Source of the DNA: an uncultured Gammaproteobacteria bacterium
Lineage (GTDB): Bacteria; Patescibacteriota; Microgenomatia; Levybacterales; UBA12049
Assembly (NCBI GenBank): GCA_964521295.1
Contig: CAZFRF010000001.1
Location: 850,066-914,065 of the forward strand
Length of the DNA stretch: 64,000 nucleotides
Reading direction: 5' to 3'
The stretch's first letter is position 1. The number at the start of each line of letters is the position of its first letter. Shown piece by piece: positions 37,976-48,115 of the stretch. The translations under genes and the position numbers were made by a program. Below the pieces are notes generated by a model that had not been told where the DNA came from, did no database searches, and worked only from the letters and a program-made list of their open reading frames with translations.

Positions 37976-38437
37976 ATGGAAAAAACAGTAGTTTTAGTAA
38001 AACCAGATGGAGTTCAAAGAGGACTTATTGGCGAAATAATCCACAGATTTGAAAGAAAAGGCCTTAAATTAGTAGGTTTAAAGATGATTTCATTAACAGA
38101 TGCTATTTTAGATGAATGGTACGTTCATCATAAAGATAAGCCATTTTTTCCAGGCCTTAAGAGTTTTATGATGGAATATCCAGTTGTTGCCATGGCCTTA
38201 GAAGGAACTGAAGCAGCTTCAGTAGTAAGAAAAATGATTGGAATTACTAAATCTAGAGAAGCTGAGCCAGGAACAATTAGAGGAGATTTTGGAATGAGCC
38301 AACAATATAATTTAATTCATGCTTCAGAAAGTAAAGAAGCAGCTGATAGAGAGATTAAATTAATGTTTACAGAAGATGAATTATTTGAGTGGGATAGAAC
38401 AGATGTAGTCCACGTTTTGCTTCCTGAAGAAAGATAA
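37976..38437 (+). CDS. ndk: Nucleoside diphosphate kinase
   Basis: VKPDGVQRGLIGEII, PGTIRGDF, NLIHAS. Confidence 0.96.
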   Translation: MEKTVVLVKPDGVQRGLIGEIIHRFERKGLKLVGLKMISLTDAILDEWYVHHKDKPFFPGLKSFMMEYPVVAMALEGTEAASVVRKMIGITKSREAEPGTIRGDFGMSQQYNLIHASESKEAADREIKLMFTEDELFEWDRTDVVHVLLPEER

Positions 38438-38446
38438 TTATTCTTT

Positions 38447-39670
38447 TTATTGTTCTGCTTTAGCTTTTTCAATTTCGTCGAGAATATAAAGTCCTACTTC
38501 TGCAATTGGATGTCTTTGGCTCATGTTTTCAAGAAGTTCTGCTAACTGGGATAGGTTAGAACTACTTTTTTTAGCTATGGCTTCAATAGTTGCTTTCATG
38601 ACCGTTCTGCTTTCATTTCCCATTTGGTCGAAAACGTCTAATGCAGCTTCTGGTCCAGGTTGATCTCCCCAAGGTTCATCTAATAGCTCAGCCAGTCTAG
38701 CTCCTAAAAATTTTTGAGTTCTTTCTGAACGAGCAATTGAAGCTTGAACAAGTGAATCACCAAATACAGCTTGGTATGTCATTTCAGGTTTAATTTCTTG
38801 GAGTTTTTCAAAATCATATCTTACTTGAAATCTTAAGCTGTTTGGATCTTCCGGATGAGTATGAAGCGTACCTAGTAAGTAGGGTAGGACTAATTGATCA
38901 ATTAATTTGGGATCAACAGCTAGATTACCATCTAGGTTTGTTTCAGCTGCTACCTTTTTTATAAATTCTAGATACGCAGTTAACCCCTCAGTTGTAAATC
39001 TGCCCATATCTGTCTCATGTTTAACGTGTGAATAGGTTGTTAAGCCTCTATTTCTTTCATAAAGAGGAATATATTCTGCTGCTAAGGCTGGATCAAGCTC
39101 TTGGCCATGATCTAATAATATATCTTCAACTCTATCAGGTGCAGTAGCTGAGCCTAGCTCTTCCCAAAAAGCACCATTTGCAAGTGCTTTTGGAGCTTCA
39201 GGTGTTAAAAACTCTGGAAAGATTGAGCCTGGTTTTTCGACCATATGTCTAAGTAATAGGCTGTGGCCTCTTGCGTATCCTGGAGCTGTTCTTACTTGTT
39301 CATCTGTAGGATTTATTGCTACGTCAACTATTCCTGCTGTAAGAGTATGAAGTTGTTCCGTTGTGAAGGCTTGTCTTGTCCAAGCTCTAGCCTCTTGTCT
39401 TTTGAGATCATATTCTTCTTTGGGTACACGTGACCATCTTTCAGGATGATCTAAATCCCCTTTAGCTGGTCCATCAAGAATAGACATTGGTCCCCAAGCT
39501 TTTCCTTTCTTAAGGTCTCCAAATAATACGCCAAACTTGTCTTCCGTATGACTTCTTGGTTGTCCTAATTCAGGATGAGCGGCAAGTACGGCTCCTCTTA
39601 CTGCTAAGGCTTTTTCAGCTGCAGTCGGAGATTCAATAGTTCTTCTAACTAATTCAATTCTTGTTGGCAT
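38447..39670 (-). CDS. Hypothetical protein
   Basis: 407-aa ORF with no recognised motif. Confidence 0.6.
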   Translation of the reverse strand: MPTRIELVRRTIESPTAAEKALAVRGAVLAAHPELGQPRSHTEDKFGVLFGDLKKGKAWGPMSILDGPAKGDLDHPERWSRVPKEEYDLKRQEARAWTRQAFTTEQLHTLTAGIVDVAINPTDEQVRTAPGYARGHSLLLRHMVEKPGSIFPEFLTPEAPKALANGAFWEELGSATAPDRVEDILLDHGQELDPALAAEYIPLYERNRGLTTYSHVKHETDMGRFTTEGLTAYLEFIKKVAAETNLDGNLAVDPKLIDQLVLPYLLGTLHTHPEDPNSLRFQVRYDFEKLQEIKPEMTYQAVFGDSLVQASIARSERTQKFLGARLAELLDEPWGDQPGPEAALDVFDQMGNESRTVMKATIEAIAKKSSSNLSQLAELLENMSQRHPIAEVGLYILDEIEKAKAEQ

Positions 39671-39703
39671 TTTAAAAGAGGCAGGTATTTTGGGATTGTA
39701 ATA

Positions 39704-40162
39704 TTATTCCTTATCCGAGTCAATAGTTTCTTTTTTAGATTTTCGGGCTTGATAGATATCTAAGAATGCTAGTATAAAAATAGTTAATGATGTTCCGCAG
39801 GAGAGTAGGCAATACTGACAAAAACTTTTAATAATAAAGGCTTGCAGCCCAAGAAGATATAGGGAAACAATAACTCCGGTTACCGCGAAGAGATAAAAGA
39901 TTTGTAAAAATATTTTTCTAAAGCTAGTTAGTAAAACTAAGGATAAAATGATAACTGTAAGATAGAAAAAGCTACCGAATAAAGCTAAAGGAACTCCAAA
40001 AATGACAGAATATTCGCTGGTTAATACTTTTTCACAGCCTGTTGTTGTGCAAGGAGGGATTACATTTTTAAAATGCTGAATTGTAAGGTATGTAGAATCA
40101 AGAAAGCCAATAATTGCAGAGAGCAGTGCTAAGAAGATTAATTTACTATTTTGTAGTTTCAT
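39704..40162 (-). CDS. Vitamin K epoxide reductase (VKOR) family protein
   Basis: CTTTGCEKVLTSEYS; CQYC; TM helices. Confidence 0.9.
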   Translation of the reverse strand: MKLQNSKLIFLALLSAIIGFLDSTYLTIQHFKNVIPPCTTTGCEKVLTSEYSVIFGVPLALFGSFFYLTVIILSLVLLTSFRKIFLQIFYLFAVTGVIVSLYLLGLQAFIIKSFCQYCLLSCGTSLTIFILAFLDIYQARKSKKETIDSDKE

Positions 40163-40901
40163 TGTCTATTGCTTGTTTAATTTGATCTTTAAATTCTTCA
40201 TAAGTATTTACGCTTGCCATTTTTTTGCCGTTAATAAAAAAACTTGGAGTTGATTGAAGACCGATGCTATTCGCATCTGTTACTGAGTCATCAACAAACT
40301 TTTTAGCTTCACTAGATTCCATATCTTTTAGGAATCTATTTGTATCTAAGCCTATTTTTTGAGCATAGCTTACAAACACACTTTTTGCATCGGTTCCTTC
40401 TGCCCAGTCTGTCTGATTTTCATAAAGCAAGTCATACATTTCCCAGAATTTATTTTGTTTATATGCAGCATAGCCTGCTTGAGCGCTAATTTGAGCATTC
40501 CTATGAATATTTACTAGAGGAAAGTATCGGTAGACGAAATATATTTTGTCACCCATCTCATTCATAAGAGGTCTTATGACATTTTCATGATAGGATTTAC
40601 AGGCTGGGCATTGAAAATCTCCGTATTCAGTCAAAACAACTTTAGCTTTTGGATTTCCTTTTGTGAAAATATCTTTTTTAGAAGGCTCTGGAACTGTAAT
40701 TGAACTAGTTTGGCTTCCAGATGGGGTATTGACTAGCCAAGCAAGGCCAATAATTCCCAAAACTATTACGATTCCAACAGTTGCCCAAAGGCCAATTTTT
40801 TTATATTGCTCAGTCTTTTTAGCTTTTTCTGCTTCTTGTTGCCACTCTAATTTTCGAAGTTCTCTTTTTTCGGCTTTAGTCAATTTTTGAGGATTATCCA
40901 T
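40146..40901 (-). CDS. DsbA-family thiol-disulfide oxidoreductase
   Basis: EYGDFQCPAC, YRYFPL, STPSFFING; TM anchor. Confidence 0.92.
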   Translation of the reverse strand: MDNPQKLTKAEKRELRKLEWQQEAEKAKKTEQYKKIGLWATVGIVIVLGIIGLAWLVNTPSGSQTSSITVPEPSKKDIFTKGNPKAKVVLTEYGDFQCPACKSYHENVIRPLMNEMGDKIYFVYRYFPLVNIHRNAQISAQAGYAAYKQNKFWEMYDLLYENQTDWAEGTDAKSVFVSYAQKIGLDTNRFLKDMESSEAKKFVDDSVTDANSIGLQSTPSFFINGKKMASVNTYEEFKDQIKQAIDNETTK

Positions 40902-40952
40902 GAGATTTATGATCGCATTTTAACAGTTAATTTTCAAGAGGTAAAACCCAGC

Positions 40953-41366
40953 TTAGCCTTGTCTAAGTTGGTAAGCTTGACGATGAGCTTTTATTACTGT
41001 ATTTGAAGCGTTTAGTCTCTCGGTTAAGCCAAAATACATGTGGCCAGCTTTTAGCGTTAAAGTTTCAATTAGTTGGCTTGGTGTCCATAAATTTAGAGGA
41101 GGTAAGACAACTGTTGCGTGATTAGTAAATTCTAGAACAACTGAGTGTTGTAAGTCTAGAGTTTGAGGTCTATATTCTTCTTCAGTTGCAAAGTGAGCAA
41201 ATGGTCGAGGCCTAAGTTGAAGCATACTTTCATCTGCGAAAACTAAAGCATCAGGTATTTGTGATGCACCAATTTTACCAGCAAAATGCCTAACTACATG
41301 CTGATCTGCGCTTCCCGCAATCTCCCTAAAGGGAATAATTAATGGTGTTTCGATTGTGTTTTTCAT
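40953..41366 (-). CDS. Hypothetical protein
   Basis: 137-aa ORF preceded by TATAAT 9 nt upstream. Confidence 0.5.
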   Translation of the reverse strand: MKNTIETPLIIPFREIAGSADQHVVRHFAGKIGASQIPDALVFADESMLQLRPRPFAHFATEEEYRPQTLDLQHSVVLEFTNHATVVLPPLNLWTPSQLIETLTLKAGHMYFGLTERLNASNTVIKAHRQAYQLRQG

Positions 41367-41441
41367 ATTTTGGGAATTATAGCTTCAAAAAACTATTATG
41401 TAAAGAGTAGAAAAGCTTAATGTATGGTAAAATATTAACAT

Positions 41442-41513
41442 GCCCTCGTAGCTCAACGGATAGAGCAGACCCGTCCTAAGGGTAAGATAGAGGTTCAATT
41501 CCCTTCGAGGGCA
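41442..41513 (+). tRNA. tRNA-Arg(CCT)
   Basis: GCCCTCG/CGAGGGC acceptor stem, anticodon loop GTCCTAA, GGTTCAATTCC T-arm. Confidence 0.9.
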
Positions 41514-41515
41514 CA

Positions 41516-42265
41516 GTGAAAAAAACGGAAATTATTAAATTTCTCATCTTGCGTACCATCGGAAATTTTCTGGTACTTTTTGCTATTTTTGGAATTATTT
41601 CTACTTTTGGTCCAGCAGTATATTTTGAGGTTAATTATCAGATAGTTAAAGCAAGGGGAGTAAGATACATAGTTGAAGCTAAAGAGCCTACTAAACCATC
41701 TTTTGCAGATTTATATAATCAAAATTCTACTTCTACGGTAGTTAAGACTCAAGCTCCCAAGACAAAAGGAGTAGAGAGCTTTTCAGATGTATTATTAGGC
41801 GCTAAGGAACAGATTCTAACACCTAAAGATACTGATTTTAGTATTGTTATTCCTAAAATTGGAGCAAGCGCTAAGGTTTTTCCTAATATAGACCCGTCAA
41901 ATGAGGATGAATTTTTACCAATTTTAATGCAAGGCGTTGCGCATGCAAAGGGTACAGTTTTCCCTGGACATATTGGTAATACCTATTTATTTGCTCATTC
42001 TACTGATAATTTTTGGGATGTTGGAAGGTATAATGCCATTTTTTATCTCCTTAAAGATTTAAAACCAGGCGATGAAGTAATTATGTTTTTTCAAGGAAAA
42101 AGACATGATTACATAATTAATGATTCAAAGGTAGTCGATGCTTCAAATGTTGAGAGCATTGTGAATGCCCAAAGTACTGGAGTAGAGCAGCTGATTTTAC
42201 AAACATGTTGGCCTCCGGGAACTACTTGGCAAAGATTACTGGTTTTTGCAACTCCTAAGAAGTGA
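41516..42265 (+). CDS. Sortase
   Basis: IPKIG, GVAH, LFAHS, LILQTCWPPG, R (His-Cys-Arg triad); N-terminal TM. Confidence 0.9.
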   Translation: MKKTEIIKFLILRTIGNFLVLFAIFGIISTFGPAVYFEVNYQIVKARGVRYIVEAKEPTKPSFADLYNQNSTSTVVKTQAPKTKGVESFSDVLLGAKEQILTPKDTDFSIVIPKIGASAKVFPNIDPSNEDEFLPILMQGVAHAKGTVFPGHIGNTYLFAHSTDNFWDVGRYNAIFYLLKDLKPGDEVIMFFQGKRHDYIINDSKVVDASNVESIVNAQSTGVEQLILQTCWPPGTTWQRLLVFATPKK

Positions 42266-42680
42266 GATCTACTTGAAAAGGTACAAAATTTGTTGGATCG
42301 TGTGGATTTTCATTAGCTGCCCATAGATCAGATGGTTCTCTAAAAAGAAAAGTATGGGCGACTCTAGCTGGAAGTTCTATTAATGTATCTGGTCCTAGGT
42401 TTTCAAATCTTTTTTGTTCTTTTGTTTCAGGATCAGAAAGAATAAGTTGATCAATTGCGCCTCTACCTAAAAAGAATAGTTCCGTGTCTAAGTGGTAATG
42501 TTGTCCTAAAACAAATCCCTCAGCAGATCCATTAATTCTGATGAGTCTTAAATTGCCAAATTTAGGTGCTATTTGGTCATAAAATTCAACAATTTGTCTT
42601 CTTGCATCAGTATGTACAGGTTGAATGACTTCAACTCTTGCTAAGTGGAGCGCTGATTGTCTGTTTTCTGGTCTTGTCAT
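42255..42680 (-). CDS. Cupin-fold protein (FdtA/WxcM-like sugar isomerase fold)
   Basis: HTDAR, GQHYH...ELF, VAHTF. Confidence 0.6.
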   Translation of the reverse strand: MTRPENRQSALHLARVEVIQPVHTDARRQIVEFYDQIAPKFGNLRLIRINGSAEGFVLGQHYHLDTELFFLGRGAIDQLILSDPETKEQKRFENLGPDTLIELPARVAHTFLFREPSDLWAANENPHDPTNFVPFQVDLTS

Positions 42681-42716
42681 CGCTAAATTATATCCTATAA
42701 GATTTAAGCTGTCAAC

Positions 42717-43916
42717 TTATTTAAGGCTAATTGTATACAGATTAGGAGAGATTAAGGGGTTACCCAAATTAGTTAAGATTACGATTCTAGTAGCATCTGG
42801 CCATGGGAAGACAAAGTTTCCTTCAAATGGGCCCGCATAAATTGTAGTTTGGTTGGCTTTGTCATATTCCATAATGTCAATTTTGCCATCATGAACATAA
42901 ATTAAATGTTTAGAGTCAGGAGAGAACATTATTTCTCTTTGGTTTTCGATATTAGCAGTTAAGCCGTCTAAGATTTTATAATTTCTATCTTCTTTAATGT
43001 CATATACATAAACTCCATCCTTTTCTATATCTCTAACTTCAGGAGTAGAATCAGTGCCAATTAGGGCTGGGATGATAACCTGGGGAAGAGTAGCAGATTT
43101 AGAGGCGACATATAAAATCTTGGTTTCATCATCTGACCATTCTAGAATGTTAAAGTTTTCTAGTACTATCTTTCTCAAAGGTTTTTTTAAGCTATCCATT
43201 TGAGCTTTTTGTTTCTCGTCTTTAAGTTTAGTCCAGGCTGAATTAACGGTTGCTAAAGTCTCTGTAACGTCTTGAGGAGTAGTATTTAGGGTGGAAGAGT
43301 TAAGTAGATATTCTGTTCGAAAACTGTTATTTATAGAGGCAATGATTTGCTTGCTATCTGGTGACCATTTAAGAGCGCTTTGTGAGAAGGTATTAATAGT
43401 GTCAGTTGCTATCTGACTAGATGAGCTTTGTAAAGTTAAAATTGGTCTCAAAGTCATATCTAAAACATAAATTCCGTTTTTTACCGCTGATTGAGAGGCA
43501 ACTAAATAAGCAATTTTTGTTCCTGTAGGATCGATTACGGGGTTTTGAACACCTATATTAGTTATGCTTTCAAGTTTTGGTGCGTTAGGAATGAGTAGTG
43601 CGTCTGCTTTAGAAACTACTTCTTTTTTAATGACAATGTGTTTTTGCCATGGTAAATACCCTTCTTTAAAAATTTTTACATCATATTCTCCTGGGTTTAA
43701 ATTAATAGTATTGTCAGTTGCAGTAGTTAAGTGGCCATTTACAAAGACTTGTGCTCCATCAGGGGAGCTAGTGGCAACCAATAGCCCTGTTCCCGCTATT
43801 CCTGCTGAGCCTTGGGTTAAATTTAGTCTGTAGCCTTTGCCGTAAAAAATGATTCCTGCAGTTGCTAATATTATTGCAAGTAGAATTCCGAATGAAATAC
43901 CTATTTGTTTTTTCAT
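42717..43916 (-). CDS. PEGA domain + TolB/WD40-like beta-propeller membrane-anchored protein
   Basis: SSPDGAQVFVNG..LNPGEYDVKIFKEGY; WSPDSK, WSDDET, FSPDSK repeats. Confidence 0.8.
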   Translation of the reverse strand: MKKQIGISFGILLAIILATAGIIFYGKGYRLNLTQGSAGIAGTGLLVATSSPDGAQVFVNGHLTTATDNTINLNPGEYDVKIFKEGYLPWQKHIVIKKEVVSKADALLIPNAPKLESITNIGVQNPVIDPTGTKIAYLVASQSAVKNGIYVLDMTLRPILTLQSSSSQIATDTINTFSQSALKWSPDSKQIIASINNSFRTEYLLNSSTLNTTPQDVTETLATVNSAWTKLKDEKQKAQMDSLKKPLRKIVLENFNILEWSDDETKILYVASKSATLPQVIIPALIGTDSTPEVRDIEKDGVYVYDIKEDRNYKILDGLTANIENQREIMFSPDSKHLIYVHDGKIDIMEYDKANQTTIYAGPFEGNFVFPWPDATRIVILTNLGNPLISPNLYTISLK

Positions 43917-44031
43917 TAATTAAGTATATCGCGTGATACTACCACTTGCAAGTAAAGATGACAATGTTATAATCGAATTACTGAGGCTAAACCTCAGTTT
44001 TGATATATAAATAGTATATTTTGATACACTT

Positions 44032-45051
44032 ATGGCGCTTTCAAAAAGAATTGGTATTGATCTCGGAACCGCAAATACTCTTGTTTACCTAGTGGGAGAA
44101 GGTATTGTTTTAAATGAACCTACCGTTGTTGCTGTAACAGCTGAAGAAAACAGGGTTGTAGCTGTTGGCAAAGAAGCTAAAGAAATGCTTGGTAGAACCC
44201 CTGGAAATATTGTTGCTCAAAGACCTTTGCGTGATGGAGTAATTGCAGATTATACGATTACCGAAGCTATGCTGACATATTTTATCGATAAAGCAGCAGG
44301 TAAGTCGCGTTTTTTCAAGCCAGAAGTTATGGTTTGTATTCCCTCAGGAGTTACTCAAGTAGAGAGAAGAGCGGTATTAGATGCAACTATGGCTGCAGGA
44401 GCAAAAGTAGCCTATTTAATAGAAGAGCCGTTGGCAGCAGCAATTGGGGCAAAAGTGCCAATTGCTCAGCCTGCGGGACACATGGTTGTTGATATTGGCG
44501 GAGGATCAACTGAGGCTGCAGTTATCTCTTTGGGAGGAGTTGTAGTTCATAATAGTGTTAGAGTTGGGGGAAACAAGATCGATGAGGCAATAGCAACTTA
44601 TGTCAAAAAGAAGTTTAATTTACTTATTGGTGAGCGTACAGCAGAAGAAATCAAGATCGAAATGGGCAATGCGTTATTAGATGAGAAAAAGGTTTCTGAG
44701 CAAAAGCACATGGAAATAAGAGGAAGGGATGCTATTAATGGCTTGCCACGTACAATTTCTCTTCACGAAGGCCAAGTAAATGAAGCTATTACGCCAACCT
44801 TAATGGATATAATCTCAGCTGTAAAAGGAGTTATGGAACAGACTCCACCAGAGCTAGCTAGTGACATTATAGATAAAGGTGTTGTTATGAGTGGGGGAAC
44901 TTCGCTTCTAACAAATTTTGATAAGTTAATGACTAAGGTAACTGGAGTTCCTTGTCATGTTGCTGAGGATTCTCTTTTATGTGTAGTTAGGGGCACAGGT
45001 GTAGCATTAGAGAATATAGAGCTATATAAAAGAAGTATAGCGAGAAAATAA
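44032..45051 (+). CDS. mreB: Rod shape-determining actin homolog MreB/Mbl
   Basis: IGIDLGTANT, RPLRDGVIAD, VDIGGGSTE, TPPELASDI. Confidence 0.95.
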   Translation: MALSKRIGIDLGTANTLVYLVGEGIVLNEPTVVAVTAEENRVVAVGKEAKEMLGRTPGNIVAQRPLRDGVIADYTITEAMLTYFIDKAAGKSRFFKPEVMVCIPSGVTQVERRAVLDATMAAGAKVAYLIEEPLAAAIGAKVPIAQPAGHMVVDIGGGSTEAAVISLGGVVVHNSVRVGGNKIDEAIATYVKKKFNLLIGERTAEEIKIEMGNALLDEKKVSEQKHMEIRGRDAINGLPRTISLHEGQVNEAITPTLMDIISAVKGVMEQTPPELASDIIDKGVVMSGGTSLLTNFDKLMTKVTGVPCHVAEDSLLCVVRGTGVALENIELYKRSIARK

Positions 45052-45272
45052 GCCTATATTTTTAGAAATTAATTTTTTTTCGTAAAAATTTATTTAAAAT
45101 GTAACAAAATTTTCACAGAATATTTTATATAGTATTTTAAAGTAAATATTTGTTATTTTAACCATTATATTTAAGTATTAAGCACGTTTTAAAGAGGAAA
45201 AAATGAATAACTAATTTGAACAAAAGAGTTAAAATAGCTAAAAATAAAGTTATAAAAATTATCTTATATTAA

Positions 45273-45986
45273 ATGAATAATTTTAAAAAAATAAATCTGC
45301 TTGGAATTAGTTTTACAAACGCCACAGAATTAGAAGTCTTAGAGTTTATTAATACAAGCCTAAGAGATAATGCCAAAAAGTATTACATTGTTACCCCAAA
45401 TCCTGAGATTTTGGTAATTGCAGACAAAAATCCGGACTACAAAAGAGTGCTAAATGAAGCAGAATTAGCCTTGGCAGACGGGGTAGGGGTCATAATTGCT
45501 ACAAGACTTATGGGTAATAGGCTTAAACAGCGCATTGCAGGGGTAGATCTGCTCGAAAGTATATGTAGGTACTTTGCCGATAAGCCCGTCACGACAAGCT
45601 ATTTAGGGGCTGGGCCTGGAGTAGCAGAGATTACAGCTGAGCGCTTACAAAAAAAATATACAGGACTTAAAGTTGCATGGACTACCGAGGAGTATTTCGA
45701 TGAATTGTCAACAAAAAAGACAGATATTTTGTTTGTAGCGCTGGGTTCTCCAAAACAAGAATTATGGATAAACAAAAATCTCAACAAACTGAACGCTAAA
45801 ATTGTAATTGGAGTGGGAGGGGCTTTTGATTTTATTTCGGGAAAAGTGCCAAGGGCTCCAAGGTTTTTAAGAAACATAGGTCTTGAGTGGCTTTTTAGAT
45901 TAATTATTCAACCATGGAGAATTACTAGACAATTATCATTAGTTAAATTTATTTTTTTGGTAATTAAACAAAGATTTAAAATTTAA
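45273..45986 (+). CDS. WecB/TagA/CpsF family glycosyltransferase
   Basis: VTPNPE, ADGVG, VALGSPKQELWI, GVGGAFDF, GLEWLFRL. Confidence 0.92.
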   Translation: MNNFKKINLLGISFTNATELEVLEFINTSLRDNAKKYYIVTPNPEILVIADKNPDYKRVLNEAELALADGVGVIIATRLMGNRLKQRIAGVDLLESICRYFADKPVTTSYLGAGPGVAEITAERLQKKYTGLKVAWTTEEYFDELSTKKTDILFVALGSPKQELWINKNLNKLNAKIVIGVGGAFDFISGKVPRAPRFLRNIGLEWLFRLIIQPWRITRQLSLVKFIFLVIKQRFKI

Positions 45987-46880
45987 CCAAGATTCTTATG
46001 GTACTAAGTGAATAAATTTACTTAGATAAGTAAGATCCCCTAGATAAATAATTAGCAATCTCTTCTTTTTAATTATTAAAGAATAACTCTGTGAGTTTAT
46101 AAAAGGTAGTGTCAGCTGAATTAATACTTATTATTTTTATTAATAATAGGAAAGTAACAATAAGAGAATTGATAGTCATATAGTTTTTAATAACATTGTA
46201 TAAAATATAAATAGAGTGTAAATTTAACAATTTCTATAAGACAATTTTAAATTTATTATAAGACGATCATGTAATACAAAGAGAAATATATAATAATAAA
46301 ATTAAACAAATAATAGTTTTCGAGAAATTAAAAGGATTAAAATGGGAGGAAATTAATAAAAAATATATTTTGTAATATATGTATATATATTGATATAAAT
46401 AGAGGGTAAAAAGTGATTTTTGGGATTTGGATAGGGGATTTTAGAGATACATAATTTGAACAAAAGGTAATTAAGATTGATGAAAAAAATACGAATCTGG
46501 ATAAATGAAGCTAAAAATAATGATTACCGACTATTTACCGAACATAAAATTGATTAATTTAGCTTCAAATTGTGACTATTTCACAAGTTAGTACATGTCC
46601 TCGTAATTTTAGTACAATTATAGGTTAGATATTTAATCTTAACAGTACAAATAACTGAACAGATTGATTTGTCAATCTAAATAGTCATTTTTGATTAATA
46701 GCATTACGACGTATCGGATGCTAATTTAGCCTATTTTATAACCTATAAAAATGAATTCACGCGCATTTAAGTCATATTTTGGCTAAATTTGAAGCTAAAA
46801 CATGAATTCTATTTATTTTCGAATTAATATTGCTTTTAATTCTAATTGCATATTGTGGCTAAATAGACAATAATTTAATT

Positions 46881-47744
46881 ATGGACTTTAAATTCTTGCA
46901 AGATGATATATCTGGAAAATGGATTGTGTCTGCTCCCAGAAGAGCGAGGCGTCCTAGTGCGACTGGTGGAACAGAAATGTTTTGTCCATTTTGTTACGGT
47001 AGCGAAAAAGAAAACGATGAGTTATATAGGATACCCCAAGAAAATAATTGGAAAGTTAGAGTGATAAAGAATGCCTTTCCTTTTGCATCAGTCCATGAGG
47101 TTATAGTTCATTCTCCGGATCATCATAAAACATTTGATGAGCTCCCATTATCGCAATCTCAGCTTATTTTGGAAACATTTAAAAAACGATACAACGAACA
47201 TGCACAGAAAGGTAGTGTCTATATTTTTAACAATCATGGTGAGGCAGCAGGGGAAAGCCTTCCTCATCCGCACAGTCAACTGGTTGTAATAGGTGATAAT
47301 GTTAAATTGGATTTGCCGCATTATGAGATTGAAGCCAATGAGAAGATAAAAGAAACCGGGTTATTTACGATTTTTGCTCCATATCAGTCTCAATGGCCAG
47401 ATGAAGTTTGGGTGTATCCAAAAAAAAGGAATTCAACGTTTGGAGAGATTAATGAGGAAGAAATTAAAGATTTATCAAAGGTAATATATAGACTTATTCA
47501 GATCATGGATTTAAGACACGGTCATGAGTTTCCTTATAACTTTTATATTTATCCATATAGAGATTGGTATTTTAGACTTGTTCCCAGGATAAAGATAATT
47601 GGTGGTTTTGAAGTTGGTACCAATGTGTTTGTTAATACTCAAGATCCTAAGGAGACAATAGAATTCATAATTGAGCATTTTGATAATCCTGATTTTGAAA
47701 AAATAAAAACACTACATAAGGCTAAATATCATCGATTCTCTTAA
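46881..47744 (+). CDS. Galactose-1-phosphate uridylyltransferase-like (HIT superfamily)
   Basis: RARRP, CPFC, HEVIVHSPDH, GESLPHPHSQ. Confidence 0.85.
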   Translation: MDFKFLQDDISGKWIVSAPRRARRPSATGGTEMFCPFCYGSEKENDELYRIPQENNWKVRVIKNAFPFASVHEVIVHSPDHHKTFDELPLSQSQLILETFKKRYNEHAQKGSVYIFNNHGEAAGESLPHPHSQLVVIGDNVKLDLPHYEIEANEKIKETGLFTIFAPYQSQWPDEVWVYPKKRNSTFGEINEEEIKDLSKVIYRLIQIMDLRHGHEFPYNFYIYPYRDWYFRLVPRIKIIGGFEVGTNVFVNTQDPKETIEFIIEHFDNPDFEKIKTLHKAKYHRFS

Positions 47745-47763
47745 GAATAATTAAATAGGGGAA

Positions 47764-47970
47764 TTAAACTTCTCTGGCTTGAATACCAAGTAGCCACAAT
47801 ACAGCTTCTTTTTTGTATCTTCTGTCTCCTCGGGAATTAATTCTAATTGGCGCTAGTTTACCTCTTTTGCCCCATCTCTTAATTGTTAGGGGAGATACTC
47901 TCAATATTTGAGCAACTTCTCTTACTGTTAGTAAATCTGGGAGGTTATTAATTGAAACTTGATCTGCCAT
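47764..47970 (-). CDS. BldC/excisionase-like MerR-type HTH DNA-binding protein
   Basis: LLTVREVAQILRVSPLTIKRWGKRGKL..RGDRRY. Confidence 0.85.
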   Translation of the reverse strand: MADQVSINNLPDLLTVREVAQILRVSPLTIKRWGKRGKLAPIRINSRGDRRYKKEAVLWLLGIQAREV

Positions 47971-48068
47971 ATGTTTAGTAAATCATTAATAATCAATATG
48001 ATTATTATATACTCTAAAGGTAACAAAATGTAACAAACTTGTCAATAGGTAAAAGACTTTTTGGCAAC

Positions 48069-48096
48069 AAAAAACCGCTCAATTGAGCGGTTGTTT
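48069..48096 (-). terminator. Intrinsic terminator after rplL
   Basis: AACCGCTCAATTGAGCGGTT hairpin followed by a U-tract on the minus strand. Confidence 0.75.
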
Positions 48097-48115
48097 GCGA
48101 ATTTCGCAACAAAGC

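Noticed and set aside
45987-46880. Replication origin
   Set aside because: AT-rich, but no TTATCCACA-type boxes were found and dnaA/dnaN are not nearby. Kept only as a weak possibility.
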